From NCBI GenBank assembly GCA_963695335.1, contig OY968764.1, positions 448,001 through 512,000 of the forward strand: a stretch of DNA of 64,000 nucleotides. The letters are read 5' to 3'. The notes under the pieces are model-generated. The model was not told the origin of the DNA. It did no database searches and was given only the letters and a program-made list of their open reading frames with translations. The translations under genes were made by a program, and so were the position numbers. The stretch comes from an uncultured bacterium. Its GTDB lineage: Bacteria > Babelota > Babeliae > Babelales > Vermiphilaceae. Position 1 is the first letter of the stretch. Each line of letters starts with the position of its first letter. Positions 31,264 through 41,876 of this stretch are shown here, one piece after another.

Positions 31264-32565
31264 TTACTTTTTGCGAGGGGATAATCTTTTAGCTTCAGCA
31301 GCCGCACTTCGTCGTTGTCTTGCTTGTGCCGTTGCCAATCTTGATTGAGCAATAGCTTTTGCAGTAGCAGCATCAGCTTCTTTTTTTGTAATTCCTGCAG
31401 ATCTTAATAGTCCTAGATCAGTTATTTTTACTCCGGCACTTGTAAGATTTTCAATAACTTCTTTGTCTGCATTTTTCCATAAGTTATTCAAGTCTTTTTG
31501 GCTTATTGCTCCTGTTTCTATGAGCTCGCCTGCGCCATAGCCCATTCTATTCTTTGCATCGGATATCGTGCCAGCTAATCCTTGCATTTCACGTGCCAAC
31601 ATGCTTTCCCCTGCAGCACGGCGACTATAGTATTCACTTTCTAAATTTACCCAACGACTTATTTCATTTTTTAAATCATCTAAAGTTGTTGGTAGTTTTT
31701 CTGCTGTATCTCCCATGAGTACAGGTAGGCCAAATTCACCACGTTCTACCCACCAACTCTCTCGTGCTTCTTTTTCGGCTGCTTTGCGTGCCTCTTGTAA
31801 TATTGCATTTTGTTCTTCTAATTGTAGTGCTTCTAATGCTCTTGCTTGTCTTGCTTCAGCACCAAAATAAGGGACATTAGGCAATTGAGCGTAAGCTTTT
31901 CCAAATTGTTTTGATACGTAAGCTTTACCTGCGCTATCAAAACCGTAGGCATCAATAGCATAAATAGTACCTGCAGCAGCAGCGGCACCGATCATATACA
32001 CAGCACGTTTAATAGAAAGTGCATATGCTTTACCAGCAACAACCTCTTCACTACGGATGGCAGATGTAACTTTTGTACGTTTATTTGTAAGATTTTGAAG
32101 TTCAGTTGAAGCTTCTTTGTGTTCTTCTTTTTTATTTTCTTTTGGAGTATTTCTGAACCAACCTTTATCGGTCATTTCATCTATTTTCAGTTGTTGAGTT
32201 TTGATTTGATTATCAAGATTTTTTTCTTCTGCGTACAATAATTCAAGTTTTTCACCAGCTGCTTTTACTTGTTCTTTACTGTAACCCCGCAAGTCACCCA
32301 TCCACGTTCTTTCATGAAGTGTAGCAAGCACATTTGCAACAGCATCATTTGCTTCTTGACGAGCTATTGCTTTTTCATCAGCAGGGGCGCTTTGAATATC
32401 TTTGATAGCATCTTTTAAGGCATCAGTAGCTTGACTGATTTGACGTGCAGAGCTTTGTGTTTTTATTGATGAACGAGCGGTTCTTTTCTGCATTACTTTG
32501 GCATCAATTGTGCCAATGATGGTAAAAGTAAGGGCGGTAAGACTGATATGTAGTAATTTTTTCAT
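31264..32565 (-). CDS. Secreted coiled-coil protein with internal hydrophobic segment (paralog 2 of 3)
   Basis: MKKLLHISL..IGTIDAKVM; upstream region duplicated with paralog 1. Confidence 0.75.
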   Translation of the reverse strand: MKKLLHISLTALTFTIIGTIDAKVMQKRTARSSIKTQSSARQISQATDALKDAIKDIQSAPADEKAIARQEANDAVANVLATLHERTWMGDLRGYSKEQVKAAGEKLELLYAEEKNLDNQIKTQQLKIDEMTDKGWFRNTPKENKKEEHKEASTELQNLTNKRTKVTSAIRSEEVVAGKAYALSIKRAVYMIGAAAAAGTIYAIDAYGFDSAGKAYVSKQFGKAYAQLPNVPYFGAEARQARALEALQLEEQNAILQEARKAAEKEARESWWVERGEFGLPVLMGDTAEKLPTTLDDLKNEISRWVNLESEYYSRRAAGESMLAREMQGLAGTISDAKNRMGYGAGELIETGAISQKDLNNLWKNADKEVIENLTSAGVKITDLGLLRSAGITKKEADAATAKAIAQSRLATAQARQRRSAAAEAKRLSPRKK

Positions 32566-32811
32566 AACAACTCTCCTTTTTTATATTTCTACTATATTTC
32601 TATTTTTAGGATAATTAAATTAGTTTCAGATAGTCAATAGATTATAAAAAATTAAATTAAAAAGATGGTTGTGTGATGGATTATGAAGTTTACAAAAAGG
32701 ATAACGGACAACATACATATGTACGTTGCCCGTTTTAGTGTCAGTGTTACATTATTCCTTTATAGGTCGTAACATCAATATATTTCGTCTTTGGTGTTAC
32801 CGGAGGCGTAT

Positions 32812-33450
32812 TTACTTTCCCGCTGTACCATAATATTTATTCATAGCAGCTTCTTTAAGGGTGCTTGCTCTTGTTTTAGCGCCTTCCCATACATTACCAG
32901 CTGCTTCACCTACTCTTGATGTTTTAATATATTCTTTACCTTGGCCTTTGAGTAAAATATCATCAAGAACAGAAATTGTTGCTGCTGCTAACACAGCAAC
33001 AAAAGTTCCGGTCATAGCATTATAATAATTTATACCAACTTCTTTTTTTACTGTTTCGTTATCAGCTTTGATGTCTTTTAATTCTTGTTCTAATTTAGCA
33101 AGTTTTTCAGATGCATTTTTATGAGCTTGTTTTTCTTCTTCTGTACGGCTATCCCAAATCAAGCCTTTTTTCCCTAAACTAGTTACAAGCGTTCTTTGGT
33201 TAGCAACTTCAAGTTCTTTTGCTTTCTTTTCAGCGATTGCAATACCAGCTTTATCATTTGCAAGCATATCTACTGCTTCACTAACGTTCTTTTGTGTTGG
33301 GTTCATTACCACTTCTTGTGTTGTTTCTCTTACTTCTTGAGCCATTGTTGTAGGTTTTGCTGTACCTGCTCTTCTCATCACCTTCGCGTCAACAGTGCTT
33401 ACCATTGCAAAAGCAATAGCAACGAGGGTTGTGCTTAACATTTTCTTCAT
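32812..33450 (-). CDS. Secreted coiled-coil protein with internal hydrophobic segment (paralog 3 of 3)
   Basis: MKKMLSTTL..STVDAKVM; AAGGAG RBS. Confidence 0.75.
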   Translation of the reverse strand: MKKMLSTTLVAIAFAMVSTVDAKVMRRAGTAKPTTMAQEVRETTQEVVMNPTQKNVSEAVDMLANDKAGIAIAEKKAKELEVANQRTLVTSLGKKGLIWDSRTEEEKQAHKNASEKLAKLEQELKDIKADNETVKKEVGINYYNAMTGTFVAVLAAATISVLDDILLKGQGKEYIKTSRVGEAAGNVWEGAKTRASTLKEAAMNKYYGTAGK

Positions 33451-33645
33451 GAGACACTCCTTATTATTGGACAACTATATATTTATACTCTTTTTTCTTA
33501 AGTTTTGAGCTCTGGGTAGCATGCTCTGTTCCCAGGTACTCATCACTTCTAATTTCAGAGTAAAGAAATGCGATTCTAATTGTCAATAAAATATAAAAGA
33601 TTTTTATAAAAAATATAAGAAATGTCGATGTATACTATATTTTGC

Positions 33646-33686
33646 ATCCTTCGATACACCCCTAACGGGGCACTCAGGACGAGCGG
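33646..33686. repeat. Single family-B REP with inserted inner hairpin
   Basis: ATCCTTCGATAC-ACCCCTAACGGGGC-ACTCAGGACGAGCGG. Confidence 0.7.
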
Positions 33687-33721
33687 TGGGAGGTAAAAAA
33701 GCTTCTTTTTTGAGGGTTAAA

Positions 33722-34393
33722 TTATTTTATGAGCAGCCTCAAAAGATAGTCTTTACAGAGATAAAAAAAGAAGGAAGCGAAGAGAATTCCATCAAATCTG
33801 TCCAAAAAACCCCCATGGCCGGGCAATAAAGTGCCAGAGTCTTTGAGCCGTGCTCGGCGTTTAAGCCATGATTCAAACAGATCGCCTGCAAGGGAAAGCA
33901 GGCAAGTTACGATGGTAAATGGGATAATAAGCCAGCAGGGAGTGTGGTATTCTTGCTCCCAAATGATAAAAATAAAGCCAAGAAGGGCAAAAATAAAGCC
34001 CCCTGAAACACCTTCCCATGTTTTGTTGGGGCTAATAGACTTGCAAATGGGGTGTCTGCCGATAAGATTACCGGTGAGATAGCTGCCGGTATCAAAACTG
34101 AAGACAATAACAAAAAGGATTACTAATAAATTATGGTATATGGGGCTGTGGTTTAAAACTATGAGTAGCGCAAACGGTAATATAAGATAAGGAGGCAGTA
34201 ATAGCCAAAACAAAGGTGTATTGACGGGGAAAAAGCGTGTCCATTCGTAGATGATAATAAGAAATAGTATAACAATTAAGATAAGCGAGAAAAATATTGG
34301 GGGTAAATAAAAATAGACTGCCCAGAATCCAAGTCCTAGAACAACCCCTGTGAGTAATCTTACAAAAAAATTATTCGAAAGCGTTAAATGCAT
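33722..34393 (-). CDS. cdsA: Phosphatidate cytidylyltransferase
   Basis: SPNKTWEG, GDLFESWLKR, KDSGTLLPGHGGFLDRFD. Confidence 0.95.
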   Translation of the reverse strand: MHLTLSNNFFVRLLTGVVLGLGFWAVYFYLPPIFFSLILIVILFLIIIYEWTRFFPVNTPLFWLLLPPYLILPFALLIVLNHSPIYHNLLVILFVIVFSFDTGSYLTGNLIGRHPICKSISPNKTWEGVSGGFIFALLGFIFIIWEQEYHTPCWLIIPFTIVTCLLSLAGDLFESWLKRRARLKDSGTLLPGHGGFLDRFDGILFASFFFYLCKDYLLRLLIK

Positions 34394-34733
34394 TTTCTAT
34401 ATACTGTAAATTGATTGAACTGTTATTATCTTCTACCAGTGCCACATCAAAGCGGCATATAATTTCTTCTTCATTATGCTGTGCCAAAAAATGTTTCGCA
34501 ATAGATACTATTTTTTTCTGTTTTGATGGGCTGATTAATTCAGCTGGATCAACAAGTGGATTATGACGCCACTTAACTTCCACAAATGCAACGGTATCTT
34601 TTTTTTGTGCTATGATATCCACTTCACCAAAACGTTTGCGATAATTTTGCGTGATTATGGTATATCCATGTTTTTGCAGATATTGTGCTACGAGTAACTC
34701 GCCTTCTTTGCCTTTTTCTATTTTGTAATTCAT
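34371..34733 (-). CDS. yraN: YraN/UPF0102 family nuclease
   Basis: GKEGE...NYRKRFGEVDIIA, FVEVK, CRFDV. Confidence 0.92.
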   Translation of the reverse strand: MNYKIEKGKEGELLVAQYLQKHGYTIITQNYRKRFGEVDIIAQKKDTVAFVEVKWRHNPLVDPAELISPSKQKKIVSIAKHFLAQHNEEEIICRFDVALVEDNNSSINLQYIENAFNAFE

Positions 34734-34739
34734 TATTCA

Positions 34740-34804
34740 GCGCTCATCCTGAGCTTGTCGAAGGATTAAAGCGCTTAATTCTTCAACAAGTTCAGAATGA
34801 GCGC
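34740..34804. repeat. Family-B REPIN-like inverted pair
   Basis: GCGCTCATCCTGAGCTTGTCGAAGG ... TCTTCAACAAGTTCAGAATGAGCGC. Confidence 0.85.
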
Positions 34805-34840
34805 AAGAAATATATCAGACAAGCTTGATAATATGTTTAT

Positions 34841-35719
34841 TTAAAATCTGTTCGCCATATGTTTTGTTTTACTATTTTGTGCAAGTTGAGTGCGCGGAGC
34901 CTGCAACGCTAACACTTTTTCTTTTTGTTCCACGAGATTTGTTTCCATAGCAATAATGGTTGGTTCAAGCGTGGCAAGTTTAGGCAACCAGTATAAACGT
35001 ATTTTTGCAAGACGTTTTTCTGCAGCGGTAAATTTGTTACGCGTTATATAAAAGTTACAAATATTACATTCACTTGCAGCAAGATGTTCGTAGCATTTGG
35101 TTTGTATGTGAGCAACTTCATCTCTATATTGTTTAAAGTGATCTTGTTTTAAGAAAACTTCAGTAAGTCCCAACGTTTCTTCTGTTTTTGTTTGATCGCG
35201 ATCGATTGGAAGTATGCATGCAAATGAACTGAGAGTGGAACGGTAGAGTGCATATTCTTGTTTTGCGCTACCAGGGTACAGTGAACAATATTGTGTGTAC
35301 ACGAGTGATGCTTTGTTTTGCTGACCATCTCCGTATAAAACATCAGCAAGTTCTAGAAGGTGCTCAGAGAGTAGTGTAATATCAGTGCATGTTTTGAGCA
35401 GTTGCTCAAGATATTTTATGGTAACTTGTGTGTTTCCTTTTTCTTTTTGTTCATTTTTTGCTTGAACAAGTTCTTCATATTCAAAATCTATGTATGTGCG
35501 GTTGCGTTTTTTCACGCCCTTGGGCGTGTCCTCCGAAGCCTTGGCGAAGGAGGATTGAGTGGAAGCTGATTTTTTTTTAATTGGTTTTTTTAAAGATGGT
35601 TCTTGACCAATTTTTACATCAAATTGCTGTTTATGCATTGAAGAAGCACCATTGATGATGGCGGAGTTAATAAGAACGGAAAGTGCTGATAGAATAATAT
35701 ACTTTCTTGTTTTTATCAT
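34841..35719 (-). CDS. bamD: BamD-like TPR outer-membrane assembly protein
   Basis: TPR helices, YPGS..EYALY, DRDQTKT, HLAASE..I..FY. Confidence 0.75.
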   Translation of the reverse strand: MIKTRKYIILSALSVLINSAIINGASSMHKQQFDVKIGQEPSLKKPIKKKSASTQSSFAKASEDTPKGVKKRNRTYIDFEYEELVQAKNEQKEKGNTQVTIKYLEQLLKTCTDITLLSEHLLELADVLYGDGQQNKASLVYTQYCSLYPGSAKQEYALYRSTLSSFACILPIDRDQTKTEETLGLTEVFLKQDHFKQYRDEVAHIQTKCYEHLAASECNICNFYITRNKFTAAEKRLAKIRLYWLPKLATLEPTIIAMETNLVEQKEKVLALQAPRTQLAQNSKTKHMANRF

Positions 35720-35804
35720 GGGATTATGCCTATCATAAAATGATATTTTTGATACACGGTATTATTAAGAACTTATCTAAAACTTAAGAATTTGATTATT
35801 TTAT

Positions 35805-35957
35805 CCGTTCGCACTGAGCTTGTCGAAGTGAGCGAACATAATAGAATTTATGAATTCTTACAAATAATGTTCGTATGTTTCGAGCCGTCCTTCGCCGAGG
35901 CTTCGGAGGCCAGGCGGGCGTTTACTCCTGAGCTTGCCGAAGGGTCAACACGAACGG
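35805..35957. repeat. Nested family-A and family-B REP compound
   Basis: CCGTTCGCACTGAGCTTGTCGAAGTG ... CTTCGCCGAGGCTTCGG ... CCTGAGCTTGCCGAAGG ... CGAACGG. Confidence 0.8.
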
Positions 35958-36056
35958 GAAGATATAATAAATTGTAAAAAGTTGATTGAAATTTTCAGAT
36001 AAACTCTAAATATGAGTATACTGGTATCATCACAAAAGAAAAGAAAGATACAAATC

Positions 36057-37766
36057 ATGAAAAAAAATAGCGGCGAATTATTAGTTCAATTAGGTGTGAT
36101 CAACGCACAACAGTTAGCCGAATGTCAGCAAGAAGCTGAAAAAACAGGAGCAACAGTTGAAGCGTGCGTTATTGAAAAAAAATATGCAACCGCTGAAAGT
36201 TTAGCGCAAGCGTATGCAAAGTATTCTTCTTTACAATATATAGATACTGTTACAGAAAAAATGGCAGATCTTGATCTTTTAGCAAAAGTTCCGCTTAAAT
36301 TTTTACGCGATAATGAAATTATGCCCATCATGATGGATGGGAAAATGTATATTTTGACAGCTAACCCTTTTAACTTTCAGCCGCTTGATGAATTGAATAT
36401 GCTGCTTGGTGGTAATGTGCAGTATGCCGTTGCACCATTAGCAGTGATCACCAACAGCATTAATCGTTATTATCCTCTTGAGGGCACCGAACGGATGATG
36501 AAGGAGCTTGAAGAGGAAGAAGAAGCTCCAAAAGAAGTTGCGTTTGAAGAGATAGAAGAAAAAGATATTCTTGGCATGGCAACAGAAGCGCCAATTATTA
36601 AGTTGGTGAATAATATTTTTTTTCAGGCAGTTAAACGTAACGCTTCTGATATTCATATTGAGCCGTTCGAAAAAGAGATTCGTGTACGTTACCGTATTGA
36701 TGGCGTGATGTACACGGTGATGAATCCTCCCAAGCGTATTCAGGGAGCGCTGAGTTCTCGTATAAAAATTATGGCGCATCTTGATATTGCAGAAAAACGT
36801 ATTCCGCAAGATGGTAGAATTGCGATTAAAGTTGCGGATAAAGCATATGACATTCGTGTTTCTGTCTTACCAGTGGCATTTGGTGAACGCATTGTGATGC
36901 GTTTATTAGATAAATCACGGACATTTACAGGGTTGCAAGAAATTGGATTTAGTGAACGAGATTTAAAAGTTATTGAAGCAAATATTAGTCGGCCCAACGG
37001 AATTATTTATATTACGGGTCCAACAGGTTCTGGTAAAACAAGTACGTTGTATTCCATTTTAACAAAATTGAATAGACCAGAAGTTAATATTGTGACGGTA
37101 GAAGATCCTATTGAATATCAAATGGCAGGAATTGGACAAGTTGGTGTGCGGGAAAAAGTTGGGCTTACCTTTGCAGCAGCATTACGATCAATTTTGCGTC
37201 AAGACCCTGACATTATCATGATTGGTGAAACGCGTGACCAAGAGACAGCGCAAATTGCAGTACAAGCAGCGCTTACTGGTCACTTGGTATTGAGTACGCT
37301 GCATACCAATAGCGCACCAGCATCTATTACGCGATTAATTGATATGGGCATTGAACCATTTTTAATTTCGTCATCTGTGGTGATGGTTGTTGCGCAGCGT
37401 TTGGTTCGTAAACTGTGTCCAAAATGTAAAAAGGCATATCATCCAAATGTAGAATTACTTGAAAAAATTGGTTTGTCTGCCAAAGAAGCAAAAGAGATTA
37501 AATTTTATGAACCGGTTGGTTGTGATGAATGTAATCAAACAGGGTTCCGTGGACGAATTGCTGTGTTTGAAATTATGGAAATGACGCAAGCAATTGCAAA
37601 ACTGACTATGGATCGTGCTGAAACTGGATTGATTAGAGAGCAAGCACTTAAAGATGGAATGATACCGTTGATCAAAGATGGCTTGCGTAGAATTAAAGAT
37701 GGTCTTACAACAATTGAAGAAGTTCTTGCAGTTGCAACTGCGGAACAAGAAGCGATAGACGCATAA
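36057..37766 (+). CDS. PilB/GspE-type secretion ATPase
   Basis: ASDIHIEP, GPTGSGKT, LRQDPD, TGHLVLSTLHTN, two CxxC motifs. Confidence 0.93.
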   Translation: MKKNSGELLVQLGVINAQQLAECQQEAEKTGATVEACVIEKKYATAESLAQAYAKYSSLQYIDTVTEKMADLDLLAKVPLKFLRDNEIMPIMMDGKMYILTANPFNFQPLDELNMLLGGNVQYAVAPLAVITNSINRYYPLEGTERMMKELEEEEEAPKEVAFEEIEEKDILGMATEAPIIKLVNNIFFQAVKRNASDIHIEPFEKEIRVRYRIDGVMYTVMNPPKRIQGALSSRIKIMAHLDIAEKRIPQDGRIAIKVADKAYDIRVSVLPVAFGERIVMRLLDKSRTFTGLQEIGFSERDLKVIEANISRPNGIIYITGPTGSGKTSTLYSILTKLNRPEVNIVTVEDPIEYQMAGIGQVGVREKVGLTFAAALRSILRQDPDIIMIGETRDQETAQIAVQAALTGHLVLSTLHTNSAPASITRLIDMGIEPFLISSSVVMVVAQRLVRKLCPKCKKAYHPNVELLEKIGLSAKEAKEIKFYEPVGCDECNQTGFRGRIAVFEIMEMTQAIAKLTMDRAETGLIREQALKDGMIPLIKDGLRRIKDGLTTIEEVLAVATAEQEAIDA

Positions 37767-37793
37767 TGTTTTTTCGAGTAAAGGAATAATATA

Positions 37794-38243
37794 GTGGAAC
37801 ATACATATCTTGTTTGGGCATTGAGTTTTAGTTTGTTTTGTAATTCTTCAGAGCATCCTGCGAATAAACCACATACATCGCTGATGGAAGAATATCATAA
37901 TTCTTTTAAGCCACAGTTAGAAATTGAAAATAAAAAACATGAAGAGCGTAAATTTGGTAGAGGTTCTTCTGGGCCTGGTGAAGGTGAAATGGATTTAGAC
38001 ATGGATTTGGATTTACGACTTAAGATGAATACATATGAACGTGAAGCTCGATTGGCAAAATATAAGAAAGATGCAATTGCATCACTGGAGCAAGATAGAG
38101 ATAAATTGATAAAAAGTTTAGATGCAGAGCAGCGCCAACAGTTGCAGGACATAGAAGTAAAAACTAAAAAAATACAACACGTATGTAAGCAAGAAGAAAA
38201 AAATATACGATATCTAGTTATGCAACAGCGATCCAAGTTATAG
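37794..38243 (+). CDS. Hypothetical protein, probably secreted
   Basis: AAGGA RBS, hydrophobic N-terminus, operonic spacing. Confidence 0.6.
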   Translation: MEHTYLVWALSFSLFCNSSEHPANKPHTSLMEEYHNSFKPQLEIENKKHEERKFGRGSSGPGEGEMDLDMDLDLRLKMNTYEREARLAKYKKDAIASLEQDRDKLIKSLDAEQRQQLQDIEVKTKKIQHVCKQEEKNIRYLVMQQRSKL

Positions 38244-38252
38244 TAGGACATT

Positions 38253-38528
38253 ATGAATTATACATTAGTATTTGTGTGCACAGCTTTCTTTTCATATGCA
38301 ACTTCATCTGCAATGGATGCTAGTAAAGTAGTTGAAAATAATATTAAATACTTGAGAACTTTAAGAATTAAAACAGTGAATTCAATGCAAAAAATGACTG
38401 TAAAGAATATAAGCAATCAAGAATTTGTGGAAAAGATAGATTTTAAGATGCGATTGTTGGATGATATTGATCGAGACATTAAGCAGGCGGAAGAAAAGTT
38501 GAAAGAGCAAAGCAAATCTAAATTATAA
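38253..38528 (+). CDS. Secreted hypothetical protein
   Basis: Signal peptide ending SSA-MDA. Confidence 0.65.
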   Translation: MNYTLVFVCTAFFSYATSSAMDASKVVENNIKYLRTLRIKTVNSMQKMTVKNISNQEFVEKIDFKMRLLDDIDRDIKQAEEKLKEQSKSKL

Positions 38529-39032
38529 ATGAAATATACTAAATCTGGTTTTACACTTATTGAAGCAATGGTAGTTCTCGCATTGTTTGCAGTTGTTGTA
38601 ATGCTTGGCATGTGGCAACTTTCATTTTTAGATAATACCATTGTTCATGCGCAAGTTGATAAACTTGCAACGGCGTGTTCGTATCTGCGGCAAAAAGCAA
38701 TTGCGAGTAACAGTGATCAGATTTTAGTGTGTGATGTAGAAAAAAATGAATATCGCGGTGATAATGTTAATGAAACGTTATCATCGCGTGTTTGTTTTGG
38801 TTTTTTGCCGAACGTTTTGGGTTCACCCGGTTCACCATCACGAGTGATTACTAAAGCAGTTACATTTCCTAATTCATCAATTAATTTTTACCCAACTGGG
38901 ACTCTTTCTTCTGGCACGGTATATCTTACTGATAAGAATAAAAAAAATATGTATGCCTTGAGTAATGCGGTGTCGCAGGTTTCTTATTTACGCCTTTACC
39001 GATATGATGGTAAGTGGAAGCTTTTAGATTGA
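38529..39032 (+). CDS. Prepilin-type pseudopilin (GspH/FimT-like)
   Basis: SGFTLIEAMVVL class III signal; FYPTG...GTVYL. Confidence 0.88.
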   Translation: MKYTKSGFTLIEAMVVLALFAVVVMLGMWQLSFLDNTIVHAQVDKLATACSYLRQKAIASNSDQILVCDVEKNEYRGDNVNETLSSRVCFGFLPNVLGSPGSPSRVITKAVTFPNSSINFYPTGTLSSGTVYLTDKNKKNMYALSNAVSQVSYLRLYRYDGKWKLLD

Positions 39033-39042
39033 TATTTTTTGA

Positions 39043-39134
39043 CGTTCGTATGGTTCGACAGGCTCACCACGAACGGATTAAGAAATTTATTATTATTCTC
39101 CCGTTCGCACTGAGCTTGTCGAAGTGAGCGAACA
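39043..39134. repeat. Family-B REP pair
   Basis: TTCGACAGGCTCACCACGAACGG ... CCGTTCGCACTGAGCTTGTCGAAGTGAGCGAAC. Confidence 0.8.
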
Positions 39135-39148
39135 TAACGTAATTCAGA

Positions 39149-41860
39149 ATGTTCAAAAAAATATTTTTTGCGTTGGTGCTTGGTTTTATAGGCACCATTT
39201 TTTTTGCACAATATGATGCATGGACTCATAAAAAAATTGAGCAACTGTTTTGCAACATTGCTCAAAAATATCTTGGGGGCAATTTTGCATGCTCGGTGCA
39301 GTCGGTGAATTTTTTTTCACCATCATTGGTGTTGCATGACCTTGATATGCAATCAGTGGATCCTGATGCATGGTCATGGAAGTGTAAAAAATGTGAAGTG
39401 CACTGTTCTTGGATACAACTTTTATTAAAAGGTGTTATGGAGCAGCATGTGGTGATAGATGGTTTTGAATGCAGCTCACGTGTTGAAAATGGACACCTTG
39501 CTGTTGAACCACATATTATGGCAATGACGCAAAAATCATTTTTACCATTTGCGGTTGAACTTAAATCGATGGTGTTTAAAAATGCTCATTTTGATGCACA
39601 TGATCCATTGTATAACATTGATATTGCACTCTCTTTTAATAGCTCATCTTTGCGGTTGGGTAATCAGATCAAAACGACTTTATTTATTGGTGATGGTTAT
39701 GTGGCATATGAGAAAAAGAAGTATATACAAAACATAGCCACAGATTTTTTTGTGTTAACAGAGTTTAATGATGAACGTGGTATGTACGATATTGGTGCAC
39801 AAGTTGCAGGAACATGTGCATTATCACATATGTCCGATCAAGGTGGGTGCTACATTACAGGCAGCTGGAAGGGTGATCGTGGAAGATTTTCAATACGCAA
39901 CGCATATAATTCTTTGGTGATCGACCCTGTTATTATTACTGAAAAAGAGATACGAATTAATGCACGTTTGCCTTTGTCATATGTGGCACAATGTGTTGCA
40001 GATTCTGTTGAAAAGTATCCGGTTGAAGGTACTTTACATTGCTGTGTAAAAATGAGCAAAGACGCAGAGCAAACAGTTGATGGGCAGTTGGTTGTGGAAG
40101 ATGTTACTCTGAATGACCAATATCTATGCGATACAGGAAAAGTTGTGTTTGCACGATGCAGTGACAGTTGGAAAATGCGTCTTGATATAAGCCGTTATAA
40201 TCAAGAATGTAAAGGCACGGGTGTTTGGAATCAAGCAACGCGTAAAGGTGAGTTACATGTTAAAAATAGTACTGATCTTTCATCAAAAAAATTCCCGTAT
40301 TGGCGTGTTAAACCTCACAGTTTTAGTACTCATGTTGCCGTTGAAAATGATATAGTCACTGGTTTTTGCGACGCTTGTGCGTCGCATATATTGAATAATG
40401 TAGTGCATACAAGTAGCAGTTCTTTTTCGTATACACAAGGATTATTAAATATACAAGGTTATATTAACGATAATCGGTTTTCTGTTGCAATGTCATTACA
40501 ACCACACTTTGCATTACATCATTGCATGTATAAAGATAAAGATCATAAACCGTTAATTATGTTGCAAGAAGATCAAAGTAAAAAGCAGCTCATTGGGTCA
40601 ATTGCATTTCCATTTGTTCGCTCACTGATTAATAGTACAATGCAGTATGATGTGCAAGGTGAGGGTGCATTGGATGTTGTTGCTACAGTCTCACCAACAG
40701 AAATTGTTGCAGATATTGCACTCAATGAAGCAACAATTAGATTGCCGCAAACATATAATTTTATAGATGGCTTTAAAAGCCACTTTGTTTATAACATTGC
40801 TCATAAATCAGCACTGTTTGAAAATGTTGATCTTTCACTGTATACAGGACATATCAATTGTTTGCGTGCACATTTTGATTTTGATATTCAAGGTAAGCTT
40901 ATTTTTGCGCATGCACCATGCATTTTTAATGAATGCTTACTCAATATTAATAAAGATCTTTTTGCGACTGTTTCAGGTACTATTTTATTTTCAAAATCTA
41001 TGCAATCAGATGCCCGTATCGACGGACACATTTTGATTGATAAAAGTCAGTTAAAAGAGAATCTTTTTTCTGGAATCATTCAAAAACAATTACTATCATA
41101 TACCCATTCAGCTTTTACGGTGCCAGATATGCCACTTGATTATGATGTACGCATTGAAACAAAATCACCTATTGTTGTGGATACCGGATTTTTACAAACT
41201 CATGCGCATGTGAATATGCGAGTATATAAAGATACGAATGAGCCATTCATGTCGGGTGCTGTTACATTGCATGGCGGAACACTTAATTTTCCCTATAAAC
41301 CGTTGTATATATCGCGAGGTATTATTACGTTTTATCCTGATCAACTGTTTGATCCTGCTATTGAACTTTTTGCTCGTAATAAGATAAAAAAATATGATGT
41401 GTCACTGCAAGTTGACGGTTCTTTGCTGAATCATCACATTGCACTTGACGCAACGCCTGTGTTGTCTGAAGAACAAATTGTGGGTCTTTTGCTTGTTGGT
41501 GCAGAAGAGCATTCTCTGAACAGTATGATGCCGGCACTTATTGTACAGAATCTAAAGAATCTCATTTTTAGTAATAATCAGCTATCTTTTTTTGATAAGT
41601 ATTTTAAGCCGCTCTTAGGATCGTTTAATATTAATTTGGTACCAAGTTTTACCGATCAAACGGGTAGAGGTGGATTACGCGGAGCGTTGGAAATCACTTT
41701 GGATGATCGGTGGCGTGCAGTGATTCAGAAAAACTTTAGTTTAACGGAAGATACAAAGTTTGAACTTGAATTTCTGTTGTCTGATGATATAACATTGCGT
41801 GCAATTCGCGATGAACGGCGTGACTTGGGTGGTGAAGTTGAAATGCGATGGAAGTTTTAA
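39149..41860 (+). CDS. tamB: TamB-like translocation/assembly module protein
   Basis: N-terminal anchor; C-terminal region DPAIELFA...LSEEQIVGLLLVG; ends MRWKF. Confidence 0.78.
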   Translation: MFKKIFFALVLGFIGTIFFAQYDAWTHKKIEQLFCNIAQKYLGGNFACSVQSVNFFSPSLVLHDLDMQSVDPDAWSWKCKKCEVHCSWIQLLLKGVMEQHVVIDGFECSSRVENGHLAVEPHIMAMTQKSFLPFAVELKSMVFKNAHFDAHDPLYNIDIALSFNSSSLRLGNQIKTTLFIGDGYVAYEKKKYIQNIATDFFVLTEFNDERGMYDIGAQVAGTCALSHMSDQGGCYITGSWKGDRGRFSIRNAYNSLVIDPVIITEKEIRINARLPLSYVAQCVADSVEKYPVEGTLHCCVKMSKDAEQTVDGQLVVEDVTLNDQYLCDTGKVVFARCSDSWKMRLDISRYNQECKGTGVWNQATRKGELHVKNSTDLSSKKFPYWRVKPHSFSTHVAVENDIVTGFCDACASHILNNVVHTSSSSFSYTQGLLNIQGYINDNRFSVAMSLQPHFALHHCMYKDKDHKPLIMLQEDQSKKQLIGSIAFPFVRSLINSTMQYDVQGEGALDVVATVSPTEIVADIALNEATIRLPQTYNFIDGFKSHFVYNIAHKSALFENVDLSLYTGHINCLRAHFDFDIQGKLIFAHAPCIFNECLLNINKDLFATVSGTILFSKSMQSDARIDGHILIDKSQLKENLFSGIIQKQLLSYTHSAFTVPDMPLDYDVRIETKSPIVVDTGFLQTHAHVNMRVYKDTNEPFMSGAVTLHGGTLNFPYKPLYISRGIITFYPDQLFDPAIELFARNKIKKYDVSLQVDGSLLNHHIALDATPVLSEEQIVGLLLVGAEEHSLNSMMPALIVQNLKNLIFSNNQLSFFDKYFKPLLGSFNINLVPSFTDQTGRGGLRGALEITLDDRWRAVIQKNFSLTEDTKFELEFLLSDDITLRAIRDERRDLGGEVEMRWKF

Positions 41861-41876
41861 AAAAAAGGAGCAGTGT

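Noticed and set aside
32700..32810. Three consecutive hairpins as a small RNA
   Set aside because: Explainable as the 3' UTR and terminator of the upstream gene; no family motif recognised
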